DNA of 64,000 nt from Eubacteriales bacterium (GCA_045602215.1 JAZSBE010000011.1:12203-76202), one strand, 5' to 3'. Counted from the stretch's first letter, positions 44,082 to 54,140 are shown. The notes: a model not told the origin generated them from the letters alone. Numbers and translations are program-made.

Positions 44082-44765
44082 TTATTCGGCGATGTTAAAA
44101 TAACCTTCCAGAATCTCGCCCATCACGAAGAAGCGGTCGGCTACAACGTCATAGACGATGCCTTGTTTCAATTCGATCTCTCCCGCGTCATCAATATACG
44201 TCACGTCCTCGTCATAGGTCCAGTACTCCAACACGAAGAAGATGCCGGGGTATTCCTCCGACGCAAACAGAAGCTCGTAGCAGGTAGTCGGAGCAAGCGC
44301 AATCTTGTTTCCCGAGTGAGATGTACCGTTCGTCAGGATGTCGACCAGGTCGTCGATTGCGGCTTTTTGGCCCTCACCAAGGTATCCCGCCATGCTTCCC
44401 GTCTGATCTCCGGAGAGACGCATATAAACCGTGTCGGGGTTCATTTGCACAAGCGAGGGAAGGGTAAAGCTACTGTTGTAATAGAGCGTGAAGCTCTCGT
44501 CGGTGAGAAAGTCCGATTCGGACAGACCGTCAATCGCATAAAGCGGAGTGGGATCCTGCTTTTTGTTTCGTGAGAGATTGAATATTACAGGTTCGCGCAC
44601 GATGGACTGCGCGCGGTAATTCATGGACGCCTTGCAGAAGGATGCGCCCGTTGCTTCGTTTCGGTAGGCACCGTCCTGATAGGTGAGCTTCCTCGTGCAT
44701 CCGCAGAGCAGAAGCATAGACACCATCAAAAGTGCCGAGACGCGCAGCAGAATGCTTTTTTTCAT
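44082..44765 (-). CDS. lipoprotein, function unknown
   Basis: The ORF track gives 44082..44879. I take the start at MKKSILLRVSALLMVSMLLLCGC (lipobox). Confidence 0.75.
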   Translation of the reverse strand: MKKSILLRVSALLMVSMLLLCGCTRKLTYQDGAYRNEATGASFCKASMNYRAQSIVREPVIFNLSRNKKQDPTPLYAIDGLSESDFLTDESFTLYYNSSFTLPSLVQMNPDTVYMRLSGDQTGSMAGYLGEGQKAAIDDLVDILTNGTSHSGNKIALAPTTCYELLFASEEYPGIFFVLEYWTYDEDVTYIDDAGEIELKQGIVYDVVADRFFVMGEILEGYFNIAE

Positions 44766-44775
44766 GTCAGGGTCC

Positions 44776-45264
44776 TCAATAGCCGAATACACCGGACAGC
44801 GAGTCGTCAAAATCGATCCACTCGGAGGTGGGGATAATGCGGAACTCCTCCTTGGTATCGCGAATGACCACAAAATCAATGCCCGCGTTCAGAACCTGAC
44901 GCTTGCACATCATACAGCTGGAGGTTCCTGCGATCAGCTCCTTGGTTTTTGCATCAACGCCTACCATGTAGAGCGTGGAGCCGAGCATCTGGTCGCGGGA
45001 GGCGGAAATGATCGCGTTTGCCTCTGCGTGAACCGAGCGGCAAAGCTCGTATCTCTCTCCTCTCGGGATCTGCAGCTTGTCTCTCATACAGGTACCGAGA
45101 TCGCAACAGTTCTTTCTTCCACGCGGTGCGCCGTTGTAGCCGGTGGAAATGATCACGTCGTTTTTGACGATGATCGCACCGTACATCTTACGCAGACAAG
45201 TGGATCTCTCTGCCACGGTCTGGGCAATGTCAAGATAATAATTATGTTTGGAAACTCGTTCCAT
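44776..45264 (-). CDS. comEB: dCMP deaminase (ComEB-type cytidine/deoxycytidylate deaminase)
   Basis: The ORF track gives 44776..45300. I take the start at MERVSKHNYYLDIA. The zinc motifs are HAEANAI and SCMMCKRQ. Confidence 0.88.
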   Translation of the reverse strand: MERVSKHNYYLDIAQTVAERSTCLRKMYGAIIVKNDVIISTGYNGAPRGRKNCCDLGTCMRDKLQIPRGERYELCRSVHAEANAIISASRDQMLGSTLYMVGVDAKTKELIAGTSSCMMCKRQVLNAGIDFVVIRDTKEEFRIIPTSEWIDFDDSLSGVFGY

Positions 45265-45452
45265 GTGACGTCCTCCTGTGTTTTGGGTACAATACACCAT
45301 TTTACACTATTATATAACATTTTATATATAAAATCAAGCGGTAAGCGCATTTTTCTAAAAAATTCACAGATTTCAAAAAGGGGAATAAAACCGAAAAACG
45401 TGGGGAAGATAGTAAATGAAAATCGAAAACCATAACGAAAAGGAGAATAAGC

Positions 45453-45911
45453 ATGGCAGGAACAGTCGTGGTAAGAAGAAGTGCCGACCTTGTCGGAGAG
45501 ATATACCGAAACGTGAAGATGGCAGAGGAGTCGATCCTGGATCTGATGCCAAAGGTAAGAGACGATCACCTCAAAAGCGCACTCACCGTTCAGCTCAGCG
45601 TCTATTCGGGCTTTGCGGCGCGCGCGGCAAAGCTGTTGGATGACGAGGGGGTCAAGCCCGATGACGGCGGAATGCTCGCAAAAATGGGCGCAAAATGGGG
45701 TATTATGATGAACACCATGAAGGATTGCACCACCGAGCACCTGATTCAGATGATGATCGAGGGAACGACGATGGGGGTAGGAGAAATGCTCCGATGGATC
45801 CGCGAATCCGAGAACACGGGTGTGTCGGAGGCGTCCTTGAAGCTTGCGCGAGATGTCTGCAGCTACGAGGAAAAAACGGTAGAGGACCTCAAGGAAATGT
45901 TAAAGAAATAA
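45453..45911 (+). CDS. hypothetical helical protein
   Basis: A 152-aa ORF behind AAAGGAG with a predicted all-helical composition. I recognise no motif. Confidence 0.65.
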   Translation: MAGTVVVRRSADLVGEIYRNVKMAEESILDLMPKVRDDHLKSALTVQLSVYSGFAARAAKLLDDEGVKPDDGGMLAKMGAKWGIMMNTMKDCTTEHLIQMMIEGTTMGVGEMLRWIRESENTGVSEASLKLARDVCSYEEKTVEDLKEMLKK

Positions 45912-45993
45912 ATGCAGGGAGACGCTTTCCGATCGGGGGGCGTCTTCTTTGCTGCAAAGGGGTTGGAAAGTGCAAAAAAACACGTAAATTCTC

Positions 45994-46022
45994 TTGACAT
46001 TTTCCCTATATTTGTGTATAAT
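45994..46022 (+). promoter_or_regulatory. sigma-A-type promoter of rny (TTGACA-17-TATAAT)
   Basis: Reads TTGACAttttccctatatttgtgTATAAT. Confidence 0.6.
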
Positions 46023-46094
46023 TAAAGAGTATGATACGCATTTTATGCTTATTTCTCATACTAATATAGCGAATATAGATTCAAGGAGGTGTTT

Positions 46095-47660
46095 ATGATT
46101 GAACCGATCAGTCTTGTGATTGGCATTGCAGGCGGCGCGGTTGTGAGCGTGTTGTCCTATTGGGGCATTTCTACCGCAGTTCGCAGTGTCAAGATCAAGA
46201 ATGGAAAATTGAAGATTGCTTCAGCGGAAGATGAGGCAAAACGAATTCTGGCGCGCAGCGAAAAGGATGCCGAGGCCAGAAAGAAGGATATGATCCTTGA
46301 GGCAAAGGAGGAGGTCCTCCGTTTGCGTAACGAGACAGAGCGTGATCTCAAGGAGCGCCGCGCGGAGGTATCCCGTCAGGAGCGCAGACTGAACCAAAAG
46401 GAAGAAACGCTTGACAAGAAATATGAATCCTTGGAGCGTAAAAACGAGGTTCTTGACGCGAAGCTGAAGGAAAACGAGGAGGCGCGCGCACGGATCGAGG
46501 AGATCGCGGCGCAGCACGTCAAGCGTCTTGAGGAGATCTCGGGATACACGGCTGAGGAGGCAAAGCAGGAGCTGCTTTCCAGACTGGAATCCGAGACCCG
46601 TCACGAAATGGCGCAAAAGCTGGACGAGCTGGAGACCCAGTTCAAGGAGGAGGCAGATCAGAAGGCAAAGAATCTTCTGACGCTTGCAATCCAGAGATGC
46701 GCTGCCGACCACGTTGCAGAGGCAACGATTTCGGTTGTGTCCATTCCGAGTGAAGAGATGAAGGGACGCATCATCGGAAGAGAAGGTCGAAACATTCAGA
46801 AGTTTGAGATGCTCACCGGCGTGGAGCTGATCATTGACGACACGCCAGAGATTATCACCGTATCGGGATTTGATCCCGTACAGAGAGAGATCGCAAGACT
46901 TGCGCTTGAGAAGCTGATCTCCGACGGACGCATTCACCCTGCCCGCATTGAGGAGATGGTGGAGAAGTCCAAGAAAGAGGTCGATGCAGTCATCAAGCAG
47001 GCAGGTGAGAGAGCTACCTTCGAGACAGGCGTACATGGCGTACATCCCGATCTGGTTCGCCTTTTGGGAAGACTTCGCTACCGTTCCAGCTACGGTCAGA
47101 ACGTGCTCAAGCACGCGGTCGAGGTTTCCTGGCTTGCAGGCATGATGGCAGAGGAGCTCGGACTTGACGGCGCGATCGCGCGTCGCGCAGGACTGCTTCA
47201 CGACATCGGAAAAGCCTTCCCGCAGGACATGGAAGGATCTCACGTTGAGATCGGTGTCAACGCGGTGAAGAAGTACAAGGAAAACAAAGAGGTGGTTCAC
47301 GCCATCGAGGCGCACCACAACGACGTAGAGCCGCAGACCATGATCGCCATTCTGGTTCAGGCGGCAGATGCAGTTTCCGCAGCCCGTCCCGGCGCACGCC
47401 GCGAGGATATGGAGAACTACATCAAGCGTCTTGAGAAGCTTGAGGAGATCGCTACCGGATTCGATGGAATCGAGAGAGCGTTTGCCATTCAGGCAGGCCG
47501 CGAGGTCCGCGTGATGGTCAAGCCCGAGGTGGTTTCCGACGAGGGAATGAAGCTGATTGCAAGAGAGATTGCCAAGAAGATCGAGGGAGAAATGAAGTAC
47601 CCCGGCCAGATCAAGGTCAACCTGATCCGCGAAACACGCACCGTGGATTATGCAAAGTAA
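46095..47660 (+). CDS. rny: ribonuclease Y
   Basis: The ORF track gives 46089..47660 (GTG). The ATG at 46095 lies 5 nt after AAGGAGG. The protein has an N-terminal TM helix, a coiled coil, a KH domain ([12 protein letters not shown]) and an HD domain (LLHDIGK). Confidence 0.93.
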   Translation: MIEPISLVIGIAGGAVVSVLSYWGISTAVRSVKIKNGKLKIASAEDEAKRILARSEKDAEARKKDMILEAKEEVLRLRNETERDLKERRAEVSRQERRLNQKEETLDKKYESLERKNEVLDAKLKENEEARARIEEIAAQHVKRLEEISGYTAEEAKQELLSRLESETRHEMAQKLDELETQFKEEADQKAKNLLTLAIQRCAADHVAEATISVVSIPSEEMKGRIIGREGRNIQKFEMLTGVELIIDDTPEIITVSGFDPVQREIARLALEKLISDGRIHPARIEEMVEKSKKEVDAVIKQAGERATFETGVHGVHPDLVRLLGRLRYRSSYGQNVLKHAVEVSWLAGMMAEELGLDGAIARRAGLLHDIGKAFPQDMEGSHVEIGVNAVKKYKENKEVVHAIEAHHNDVEPQTMIAILVQAADAVSAARPGARREDMENYIKRLEKLEEIATGFDGIERAFAIQAGREVRVMVKPEVVSDEGMKLIAREIAKKIEGEMKYPGQIKVNLIRETRTVDYAK

Positions 47661-47671
47661 TCAGACAATAT

Positions 47672-47712
47672 AAAAAGAGAGAGGTTTCCGTTTGGAAGCC
47701 TCTCTCTTTTCT
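47672..47712. terminator. bidirectional terminator between rny (+) and dut (-)
   Basis: Reads aaaa-agagagaggtttcc-gttt-ggaagcctctctct-tttc. Confidence 0.8.
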
Positions 47713-47714
47713 GT

Positions 47715-48164
47715 TTATTTCGCACCGGTGCTGCCGAAGCCGCCCGCTCCGCGCTCGGTTTCGTCCAGCTCCTCGCAAACAGCAAAGCTTGCGTGGCAGA
47801 TGGGGAGAAACATCATCTGCGCGATGCGGTCACCGCGTTGCACCTTAAAGGGCTCGTTTCCGCGGTTGATCAGACCAACCTGGATCTCTCCGCGGTAGTC
47901 CGAATCAATCACGCCGATTCCGTTGGCGAGCGTGACACCGTTTTTGATGCCCAGTCCGCTTCTTCCCGCAATGATGGCAACCACGTCCCGCGTCTCGGGC
48001 GAAATCGCGATTCCTGTGGGAATCAATGCTCTCTCGCCGGGCAGAATGACAACCTCTGCGCCCTCGTCGAGTGCCGCGCGCAGGTCAACTGCGGCGGATC
48101 CGTCTGTTGCGTAGGCGGGAGCCTCCATGCCGCGAGTGAGCTTTAATTTCACGTTCAGATTCAT
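47715..48164 (-). CDS. dut: dUTP diphosphatase
   Basis: 149 aa with GVIDSDYRGEI and RGAGGFGSTG. Confidence 0.92.
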   Translation of the reverse strand: MNLNVKLKLTRGMEAPAYATDGSAAVDLRAALDEGAEVVILPGERALIPTGIAISPETRDVVAIIAGRSGLGIKNGVTLANGIGVIDSDYRGEIQVGLINRGNEPFKVQRGDRIAQMMFLPICHASFAVCEELDETERGAGGFGSTGAK

Positions 48165-48182
48165 GTCAAAATCCTCCTTGCA

Positions 48183-50234
48183 TCAGTGGATCGCAGTTCC
48201 CTCGGGAACAGAATCGTCCACGAAGATGACCTTGCAGCCGCAAGCGTTGTTGGTCGCCGCGAGCAGCATACCTTGCGAATTGATGTTGCAGATACGGTTG
48301 GGCTTGAGGTTTGCGATGACGATGATCTTTCGGCCGACCAGCTGCTCGGGGGAGTACTCCGACTTGATGGAGGACATGATCACGCGCTCGCCGATGCCGT
48401 CAGACAGGGTGAGCTTGAGGCAGGAGTGAGACTTGCGCACGCCCTCAGCCTTGAGGATCTTGCACACACGGAGGTCGAGCTTCTCGAAGTCCTCCATGAC
48501 CACCTGCTCCTTGATGGGCTCCACGGGGTCAGCCTCGCCGTAAACGGTCTCCTCGGTCTCAACGGGGCAAGCGTCAGAAGCGGCTGCCGCGTCGATCGCC
48601 TTTTCTTCCTCGGTCTGAGGATAGGAGAAGTCGAGAAGTCCGACGTACTTTTCGGGCTCGATCGCGTAGAGGAAGAGATACAGTCTCGGTCCCTGCTCCT
48701 TGTCAATGAGCAGCTTGTACACGCTCTTGAAGAACGCGCCCTGCAGACCGCGAAGCTCCTTGGTGTCGATCAGGTGAGGATATACGGTCTTGGGAATGTC
48801 GTAGAGAATGGTGTTCAGTCCGTCGAGATCGTAGCCGCCTGCCGAGATCTTTTCGTGCAGGAGTGCGATCGCCTTCTTCTCGTCGTCGCTGAGCGTATTA
48901 TAGATCTCCCAGTTACGCGTGGTACGCAGACGGTTGACCTGATCGGGCGCGCACTGCTCAAGCCAGTATTTTGCGCGGCTGAGACGGTCGGCAAACTGCT
49001 CGTAGGTGTAGGGCGTGCCGATCTTCTGGAAGACGGTTTCCAGCATGGGAACGTTGAAGTCCACGATGGAGCCGAGCTGAACGAGAAGTCCCATGGGAAC
49101 GGTTTCGAGGGTTCTGCCGTCGATCATGCACTTTTCCATGATCGCCTGTGCTGCCTCGTTTGCCTTGCCCTGGCGGCAGTCGGTGAGCATCTTGTCAAAC
49201 TCAAAGTACTGGCGCAGGATTCCGTCGTCAAAGCAGATGTCAAACGCCTTGGTGGGCTCGGTCTTGGCGTAGAGCCAGAGGAGCACCTCGGGCTGATAGA
49301 GCTTCAGAAGGGTGTCAGGGGTGAGGTTGAGGCCGGAGGAACTGGACATTTTGCCCGTCATGCCCTTGATTCCGATGAACTCGTATCCCTGGAACAGGGG
49401 AGCCTCAAAGCCGAAGACCTTTTTGGAAATGATCTTGGAGTTGTTGTAGGAGCCTGTGGGAGCGGCGTGATCCTTTCCGCCCGGCTCAAAGTCAACCTGC
49501 TCGTATCTCCAACGCATCGGCCAGTCGATCTTCCAACCGAGCTTGCAGTTGAAGTTCTCAAGGAAGTTGAACTGACCCTTGTGACCGCAGCGGCAGGTGA
49601 ACTCTGCCTGCGTGCAATCGTCGGAGAGACTGGTAATGGTGGTGAAGTCGGTGTGACACTCGGGGCAGAAGATGCTCACGGGGTAGTAGGAAGCCTTTTC
49701 CGCGTCGTGCTCCGTCTTCAGCTGCTCGGGAGACTTGTCCGCATCCTTGGTCTTAAAGGAATCCAGAATCTCAAAGATCTCGCCTCTCTTCTGCAGAGAC
49801 TCGATGATGTCCTTGGTGTACTTACCCGAGCGGTACATCTCTGCCTGATAGCGGCAGTCCAGCTCGATGCCAAAGGGCTTGATTCCATTGAGGAACTCCT
49901 CCTCAAAGTGCTGGGCGTAGTTTTCGTGGCAGCCCCAAGGGTCGGGAATGTCTACGTAGGGGCATCCGATATATTTGTCGTATGCGTCGCCCACGACCTC
50001 CTTGACGTTTGCAGGGATTTTGCGGCAACGGTCATACTCGTCCCAAGAAATGAGAAGCTTTGCCTTTTTGCCCATCTTCTGCAGTGCTTTTACCACAAAC
50101 AGAGGGGTGGCGATATCACGGAAGTTTCCGATGTGAACCGAGCCGGAAGGGCTGACACCGGCGGCGCAGATATACTCCTCCTTTTCGGGGTTGCGCGCAA
50201 TAATCTTTTGGGCAATTTCTTCTGACCAATGCAT
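48183..50234 (-). CDS. lysK: class I lysine--tRNA ligase fused to a C-terminal OB-fold tRNA-binding domain (Trbp111/CsaA/MetRS-C type)
   Basis: The ORF track gives 48183..50444. The ATG at 50234 (MHWSEEIAQKII) lies downstream of the promoter at 50275-50303. The class I motifs are SGSVHIGNFRD (HIGH) and GKMSSSSG (KMSKS). The last ~110 aa (DLRVCKILKAEGVRKS..ANLKPNRICNINSQGMLLAA) form the tRNA-binding OB domain. Confidence 0.88.
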   Translation of the reverse strand: MHWSEEIAQKIIARNPEKEEYICAAGVSPSGSVHIGNFRDIATPLFVVKALQKMGKKAKLLISWDEYDRCRKIPANVKEVVGDAYDKYIGCPYVDIPDPWGCHENYAQHFEEEFLNGIKPFGIELDCRYQAEMYRSGKYTKDIIESLQKRGEIFEILDSFKTKDADKSPEQLKTEHDAEKASYYPVSIFCPECHTDFTTITSLSDDCTQAEFTCRCGHKGQFNFLENFNCKLGWKIDWPMRWRYEQVDFEPGGKDHAAPTGSYNNSKIISKKVFGFEAPLFQGYEFIGIKGMTGKMSSSSGLNLTPDTLLKLYQPEVLLWLYAKTEPTKAFDICFDDGILRQYFEFDKMLTDCRQGKANEAAQAIMEKCMIDGRTLETVPMGLLVQLGSIVDFNVPMLETVFQKIGTPYTYEQFADRLSRAKYWLEQCAPDQVNRLRTTRNWEIYNTLSDDEKKAIALLHEKISAGGYDLDGLNTILYDIPKTVYPHLIDTKELRGLQGAFFKSVYKLLIDKEQGPRLYLFLYAIEPEKYVGLLDFSYPQTEEEKAIDAAAASDACPVETEETVYGEADPVEPIKEQVVMEDFEKLDLRVCKILKAEGVRKSHSCLKLTLSDGIGERVIMSSIKSEYSPEQLVGRKIIVIANLKPNRICNINSQGMLLAATNNACGCKVIFVDDSVPEGTAIH

Positions 50235-50274
50235 AAAACTAGTCCTCACTTCAAAAATAAAAATATTCCATATT

Positions 50275-50303
50275 ATTCTATCACATTCTTTTGCATTTGT
50301 CAA
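50275..50303 (-). promoter_or_regulatory. sigma-A-type promoter of lysK-dut (TTGACA-17-TAGAAT)
   Basis: Minus strand reads TTGACAaatgcaaaagaatgtgaTAGAAT. Confidence 0.6.
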
Positions 50304-50329
50304 CACCGGATTGGAACATCTTTTGGGGG

Positions 50330-50368
50330 AATGAAAAAGAAAAACTGCAGGATGTGTTTGTCCTGCAG
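50330..50368 (-). terminator. rho-independent terminator after the SGNH hydrolase gene
   Basis: Minus strand reads ctgcagga-caaacaca-tcctgcag-ttttcttttt. Confidence 0.75.
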
Positions 50369-50379
50369 ATTTCTTGATG

Positions 50380-51474
50380 TTAGAAGAGCTTTTGCGTAAA
50401 CGCGCGCTTGAGCTCGCACTCGATGGCGTCTGCCATGAGGGCAAAGCCGATGTCGGTGGGGTGACAGCCGTCGGTGGTGCAGAGATCCTGATAGGGACCG
50501 CGGAAGACGCTCGCGCCGTCGATGTAGTAGACGTTCTTGTCCTTGTTTGCCCTCGCGTAGCGGTAGGTGTCGATGATCACGTCGCGGCGCTTGATGTTCA
50601 CATCGTACTCGCAGTCAAAATCCACGCGCGAGATCATGATATAGGGGATCTCGGGGTGAGCGGCGCGGATCTTTTCGTACATCTTGCGGTGGGTCGCCTC
50701 CAGGTGCGCCACGTCGGGGGCGTTGTGATCGTAGTCGCACACGAATGCGGACATCTCGAGGCTGCACAGGTAGTCCACCATGGCGTCCTCCGCCCTGCCG
50801 CTTCCCGAAAAGCCGAGGTTGATATAGTCCAGATTCATGTTTCGGCTGATGATGTTCTGATAGATGTTGCCCGGTCGGGAGGCGCAAGCCCCCTGCGTGA
50901 TAGAGCTTCCGTAGTAAACCACGGGGGCAAGATCACGGTATTTCATTCCCTCGCCAAGCGACGCGGTGTCCTGCAGACCGATGAAAAGATCCTTGACGTA
51001 GCTGTAGGTAGGGAAGTTGATGGTGAAATAGCGCAGACGCTTTTTGCTGAACTTGATGATTGATTCATACCCGCCCTTGGCGTCCCTGTCGATGCGGAAG
51101 GGGCGGTGAAAGCGGCTGATCCCGCTTTCGGGATCGTCGATGAAGAGATCAAAGGAGGATGACCCCGTCATGGCAAAATGCGACATATGCTCGATGTGAG
51201 GCATGATGGCGCGGATCGCCACGTACTGCGAATCGGTAGAGAAGCGCACGCGGCCGCCAGCGGTCGCGTAGTTGAGCGTCTTGACGCCCTCGTTGACCTG
51301 CTCCGCCACGGCGTCGGGCATCCGCTTGAACTCCGGCTCGGTCTGATAATTGTAAAATCCGTAGACGTCAAAAGGGGGGGTTCTGACGTCGTAAAAGCAG
51401 ATATCCGGCTCGCTGACGGTAGCGCGGATCGCCATATTCTGATCGATTTTTTCGATGGATGGATTGTTTGACAT
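50380..51474 (-). CDS. SGNH/GDSL-type hydrolase with N-terminal beta-sandwich domain
   Basis: 364 aa. Block I is VVYYGSSITQGA. The catalytic end is TDGCHPTDIGFALMA (DxxH). Confidence 0.82.
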   Translation of the reverse strand: MSNNPSIEKIDQNMAIRATVSEPDICFYDVRTPPFDVYGFYNYQTEPEFKRMPDAVAEQVNEGVKTLNYATAGGRVRFSTDSQYVAIRAIMPHIEHMSHFAMTGSSSFDLFIDDPESGISRFHRPFRIDRDAKGGYESIIKFSKKRLRYFTINFPTYSYVKDLFIGLQDTASLGEGMKYRDLAPVVYYGSSITQGACASRPGNIYQNIISRNMNLDYINLGFSGSGRAEDAMVDYLCSLEMSAFVCDYDHNAPDVAHLEATHRKMYEKIRAAHPEIPYIMISRVDFDCEYDVNIKRRDVIIDTYRYARANKDKNVYYIDGASVFRGPYQDLCTTDGCHPTDIGFALMADAIECELKRAFTQKLF

Positions 51475-51619
51475 TGAGGATTCCTTTCACGAGACGGCGT
51501 GCCGTCTCTGCATTTTTTGGGAGTGATCCTTTTGCGCTCATTGTACCACATTTTACGTGGATTGTCAAGAGCGCGGGCGCAGTTGGAACCTCGCGGCAGG
51601 TGAGTTTTTTCAAAATCTC

Positions 51620-51648
51620 TTGCATTTGGGGACGGAACGTGTTACAAT
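51620..51648 (+). promoter_or_regulatory. sigma-A-type promoter (TTGCAT-17-TACAAT)
   Basis: Reads TTGCATttggggacggaacgtgtTACAAT, about 38 nt upstream of the ATG at 51687. Confidence 0.5.
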
Positions 51649-51686
51649 AAACCAAAGGAAAACAAAAACGGGAAGGAGTGACGGAA

Positions 51687-53084
51687 ATGAAGGACGCCTA
51701 TGCGCTGAGTTTTGCCGTTCCGTCGGAGGAGTGCCCCACGGTCACCTACGGCAGTCATTTTTCTGTCGTGGGAAAGATCCGTCATGAAAAATCACTTCCC
51801 GAGGATGCGGTGCTGACGGTCAAGCTGCTCGACCGAGAGGGGAAGGTTCTGCGTTTAGCGCGACAGGATCGAAAAAACAACCCAAACGTCTACGCCGATC
51901 ATCCCGATCTGACCTGCTATGCAAAGGCACTTGACCCCGATCGGGAGAAGATGAAGCGGTTCGGCTTTCCCGAGCTGATGGTGAGGGATCCGGGCGATCC
52001 CGAGGACTCTATGCGGGAAGCGACCATCAAATGCTGGTACTCGGACGACACCTTCAAGGCGGTCATCGTCAGCGCGACCGACAAGGCACACGGCTTGATT
52101 TGCGATGACGGGGTAGGCTTTACCGACGAAAAGGGAAACCCCTATACCGTATTGCCGAGAGGACGCTACACGTTGGTAGCGGAGCTGACGGACAGAGACG
52201 GAAATCTGCTCGCAAGGGCAGAGAAGGATTTGAAGATCGGAGATCGGGCGGATCAGCTCATCTGCCGCTTCAACCCCATCGCGCACAGAAAAAATATGAC
52301 CGCGTGGAGCGAGCAGACAGGATTTTTCATCATGAACGATCCGCTCCCCGGTTACCTCGATCCTTATCTTGGGCATTGGGACTACCACATGGGGCTTTTG
52401 CCGCTCTACCGCGCGTGCGATCTTGCCATGTTTGAGGGGCCGAAGATCCGGATGTTCGTCTATCTGATCGATCCCACCAGCACGTCGTATGAGACCGAGC
52501 TGGCGTTCCTCCAATCGAGGGGCTACGTCGGCTCGCCCGAGCGATTTGCGGCGTACCACTATGACATCGGAGAGGCGGAGATCGGCGATAGAAAGGGCGA
52601 GATCCTGCCCTTTGGAGAGGATTCCTTCTTGCACGTTTACAGAGTGGACACCGTCAACGAAAAAGCGCGGGAGAACGTCTTTGATCTTGGCGGCGAGGGC
52701 GTGATCTCGTCTTCGTTTGATACGGACGTTGTGAAGGTTCGCGCAGGAGACAATATTGCCATCACGGGCGTGGTCAAGCCTTGGCAGCTCGATCCCGCAT
52801 CCTTCGTCTTGCGTGAAGATAACACCTATGAGATTTGCGACGCGGTGGAGAAAATTGTCTATATTTTCGATGACGGTGTGAAAAAACAACGCGTCGAGAG
52901 GAAGCTCCTGATGGAACGCATCGACGGTGGAAAATCCATCGGGCGTTCGGTGTATGAGTTCTACAACCTCTTTTTGGTTGACGAGGCGTGGCGGGGCAAG
53001 CGAGTTACCGTCCGGATCACCGCCGCCGACCGCGGGGGAGAAAAAACGGGGGAGGAGCAAACGATCGTGATGGAGGTCGTATAA
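51687..53084 (+). CDS. hypothetical cytosolic protein (465 aa), no recognisable motif
   Basis: The ORF track gives 51678..53084 (GTG). The ATG at 51687 lies 8 nt after GGAAGGAG. Codon usage matches the high-GC background and the composition is beta-rich. Confidence 0.75.
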   Translation: MKDAYALSFAVPSEECPTVTYGSHFSVVGKIRHEKSLPEDAVLTVKLLDREGKVLRLARQDRKNNPNVYADHPDLTCYAKALDPDREKMKRFGFPELMVRDPGDPEDSMREATIKCWYSDDTFKAVIVSATDKAHGLICDDGVGFTDEKGNPYTVLPRGRYTLVAELTDRDGNLLARAEKDLKIGDRADQLICRFNPIAHRKNMTAWSEQTGFFIMNDPLPGYLDPYLGHWDYHMGLLPLYRACDLAMFEGPKIRMFVYLIDPTSTSYETELAFLQSRGYVGSPERFAAYHYDIGEAEIGDRKGEILPFGEDSFLHVYRVDTVNEKARENVFDLGGEGVISSSFDTDVVKVRAGDNIAITGVVKPWQLDPASFVLREDNTYEICDAVEKIVYIFDDGVKKQRVERKLLMERIDGGKSIGRSVYEFYNLFLVDEAWRGKRVTVRITAADRGGEKTGEEQTIVMEVV

Positions 53085-53113
53085 AAGAAGGAAGACGCCG
53101 AAGGGGTACCTTC

Positions 53114-53126
53114 TATAAAGCAGGTT
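53114..53126 (+). repeat. left copy of the 13-bp direct repeat TATAAAGCAGGTT flanking the LysR/YitT AT-rich cassette
   Basis: It is identical to 55185-55197. The surrounding ~30 nt are also similar (ccgaaggggtaccttcTATAAAGCAGGTTgatcc versus cccaagggaagcgtTATAAAGCAGGTTtttcc). Confidence 0.8.
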
Positions 53127-53157
53127 GATCCCCTCCGATAAACACGGTGATCGTAAA

Positions 53158-53196
53158 GAAAGGCACTTGCGGAATTCTTCCGCAAGTGCCTTTCTT
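53158..53196. terminator. bidirectional terminator
   Basis: Reads gaaaggcacttgcgg-aattctt-ccgcaagtgcctttc. Confidence 0.8.
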
Positions 53197-54140
53197 CAAT
53201 CGATTAGTTCTCTTGCTATCTTGATAAATTCGCGCATGGCACGAGTACAATATCTTCCGCGTTTGTAGGCGATATAAAGCGTTCTGCTGCCATGCTCTTC
53301 GCCAACGTTATAAAATGACACATTTCCGTGAATTCCACCGTATTTGATCAAAGTATCTGTTACAAAGCAAAGTCCTATTCCTGATTCTGTAAGAGCGTAA
53401 GATATATTAAGCTGGTCAACACTGAATAATACCTTCGGCGTAATACCGCTATTATGAAATATATTCATTGCTCTATAATACATATCGTTGCCGTTTTTGA
53501 GGAGTATGAAGTTTTCATTTTCAAACCGTTCTATAGGGATAGACGGTATCGACTCTATCATATCCTTTCCACCGCGTATAATCTCGGGAGTTATACGGTA
53601 TTTCCGTAGGGATTCGTTTATTGCAAATGTCGAGGGAACACACAAAAAGATCCGCTCTTTGGCAAGAGGGTATCCTTCATATAGCTCACCAATATTGTCA
53701 AAGCTGTCCACCACAATATCTATCTGCTCATCCTTCATCATTGTTCCGAGACTTTGCGAATTGGCTTCAACGAGATTTACCTCAATATTTGGGTGCAAGG
53801 AGGAAAAACCGGTGATGATTCTTGGCAAAACATACGACGACAGATAGTTTGTGCCTCCAACGGTGAGTCTCCCCGTCTCGAGCGTGTAAATATCATTTAT
53901 TTTACGCTTAAAATCATTCTCTGCACTCATGATCTGCTCGGCTGCTAAAATATATTCCGCGCCTATCTCGGTAAGCTTAATTTTCCCTCCATACCTTTCA
54001 AAAAGCGGTGCGCCCACCTCGGTTTCTATATTTTTTATTGCCGCACTGAGAGAAGGTTGGGATATAAAGAGTTTTCGCGCCGCCCGCGTAAAGCTCTGTT
54101 CCTTATATACTGCATAAACGTATTTGTATTTACTGAACAT
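53196..54140 (-). CDS. LysR-family transcriptional regulator
   Basis: 314 aa with the N-terminal HTH FTRAARKLFISQPSLSAAIKNIE. The gene is AT-rich. Confidence 0.88.
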   Translation of the reverse strand: MFSKYKYVYAVYKEQSFTRAARKLFISQPSLSAAIKNIETEVGAPLFERYGGKIKLTEIGAEYILAAEQIMSAENDFKRKINDIYTLETGRLTVGGTNYLSSYVLPRIITGFSSLHPNIEVNLVEANSQSLGTMMKDEQIDIVVDSFDNIGELYEGYPLAKERIFLCVPSTFAINESLRKYRITPEIIRGGKDMIESIPSIPIERFENENFILLKNGNDMYYRAMNIFHNSGITPKVLFSVDQLNISYALTESGIGLCFVTDTLIKYGGIHGNVSFYNVGEEHGSRTLYIAYKRGRYCTRAMREFIKIARELID

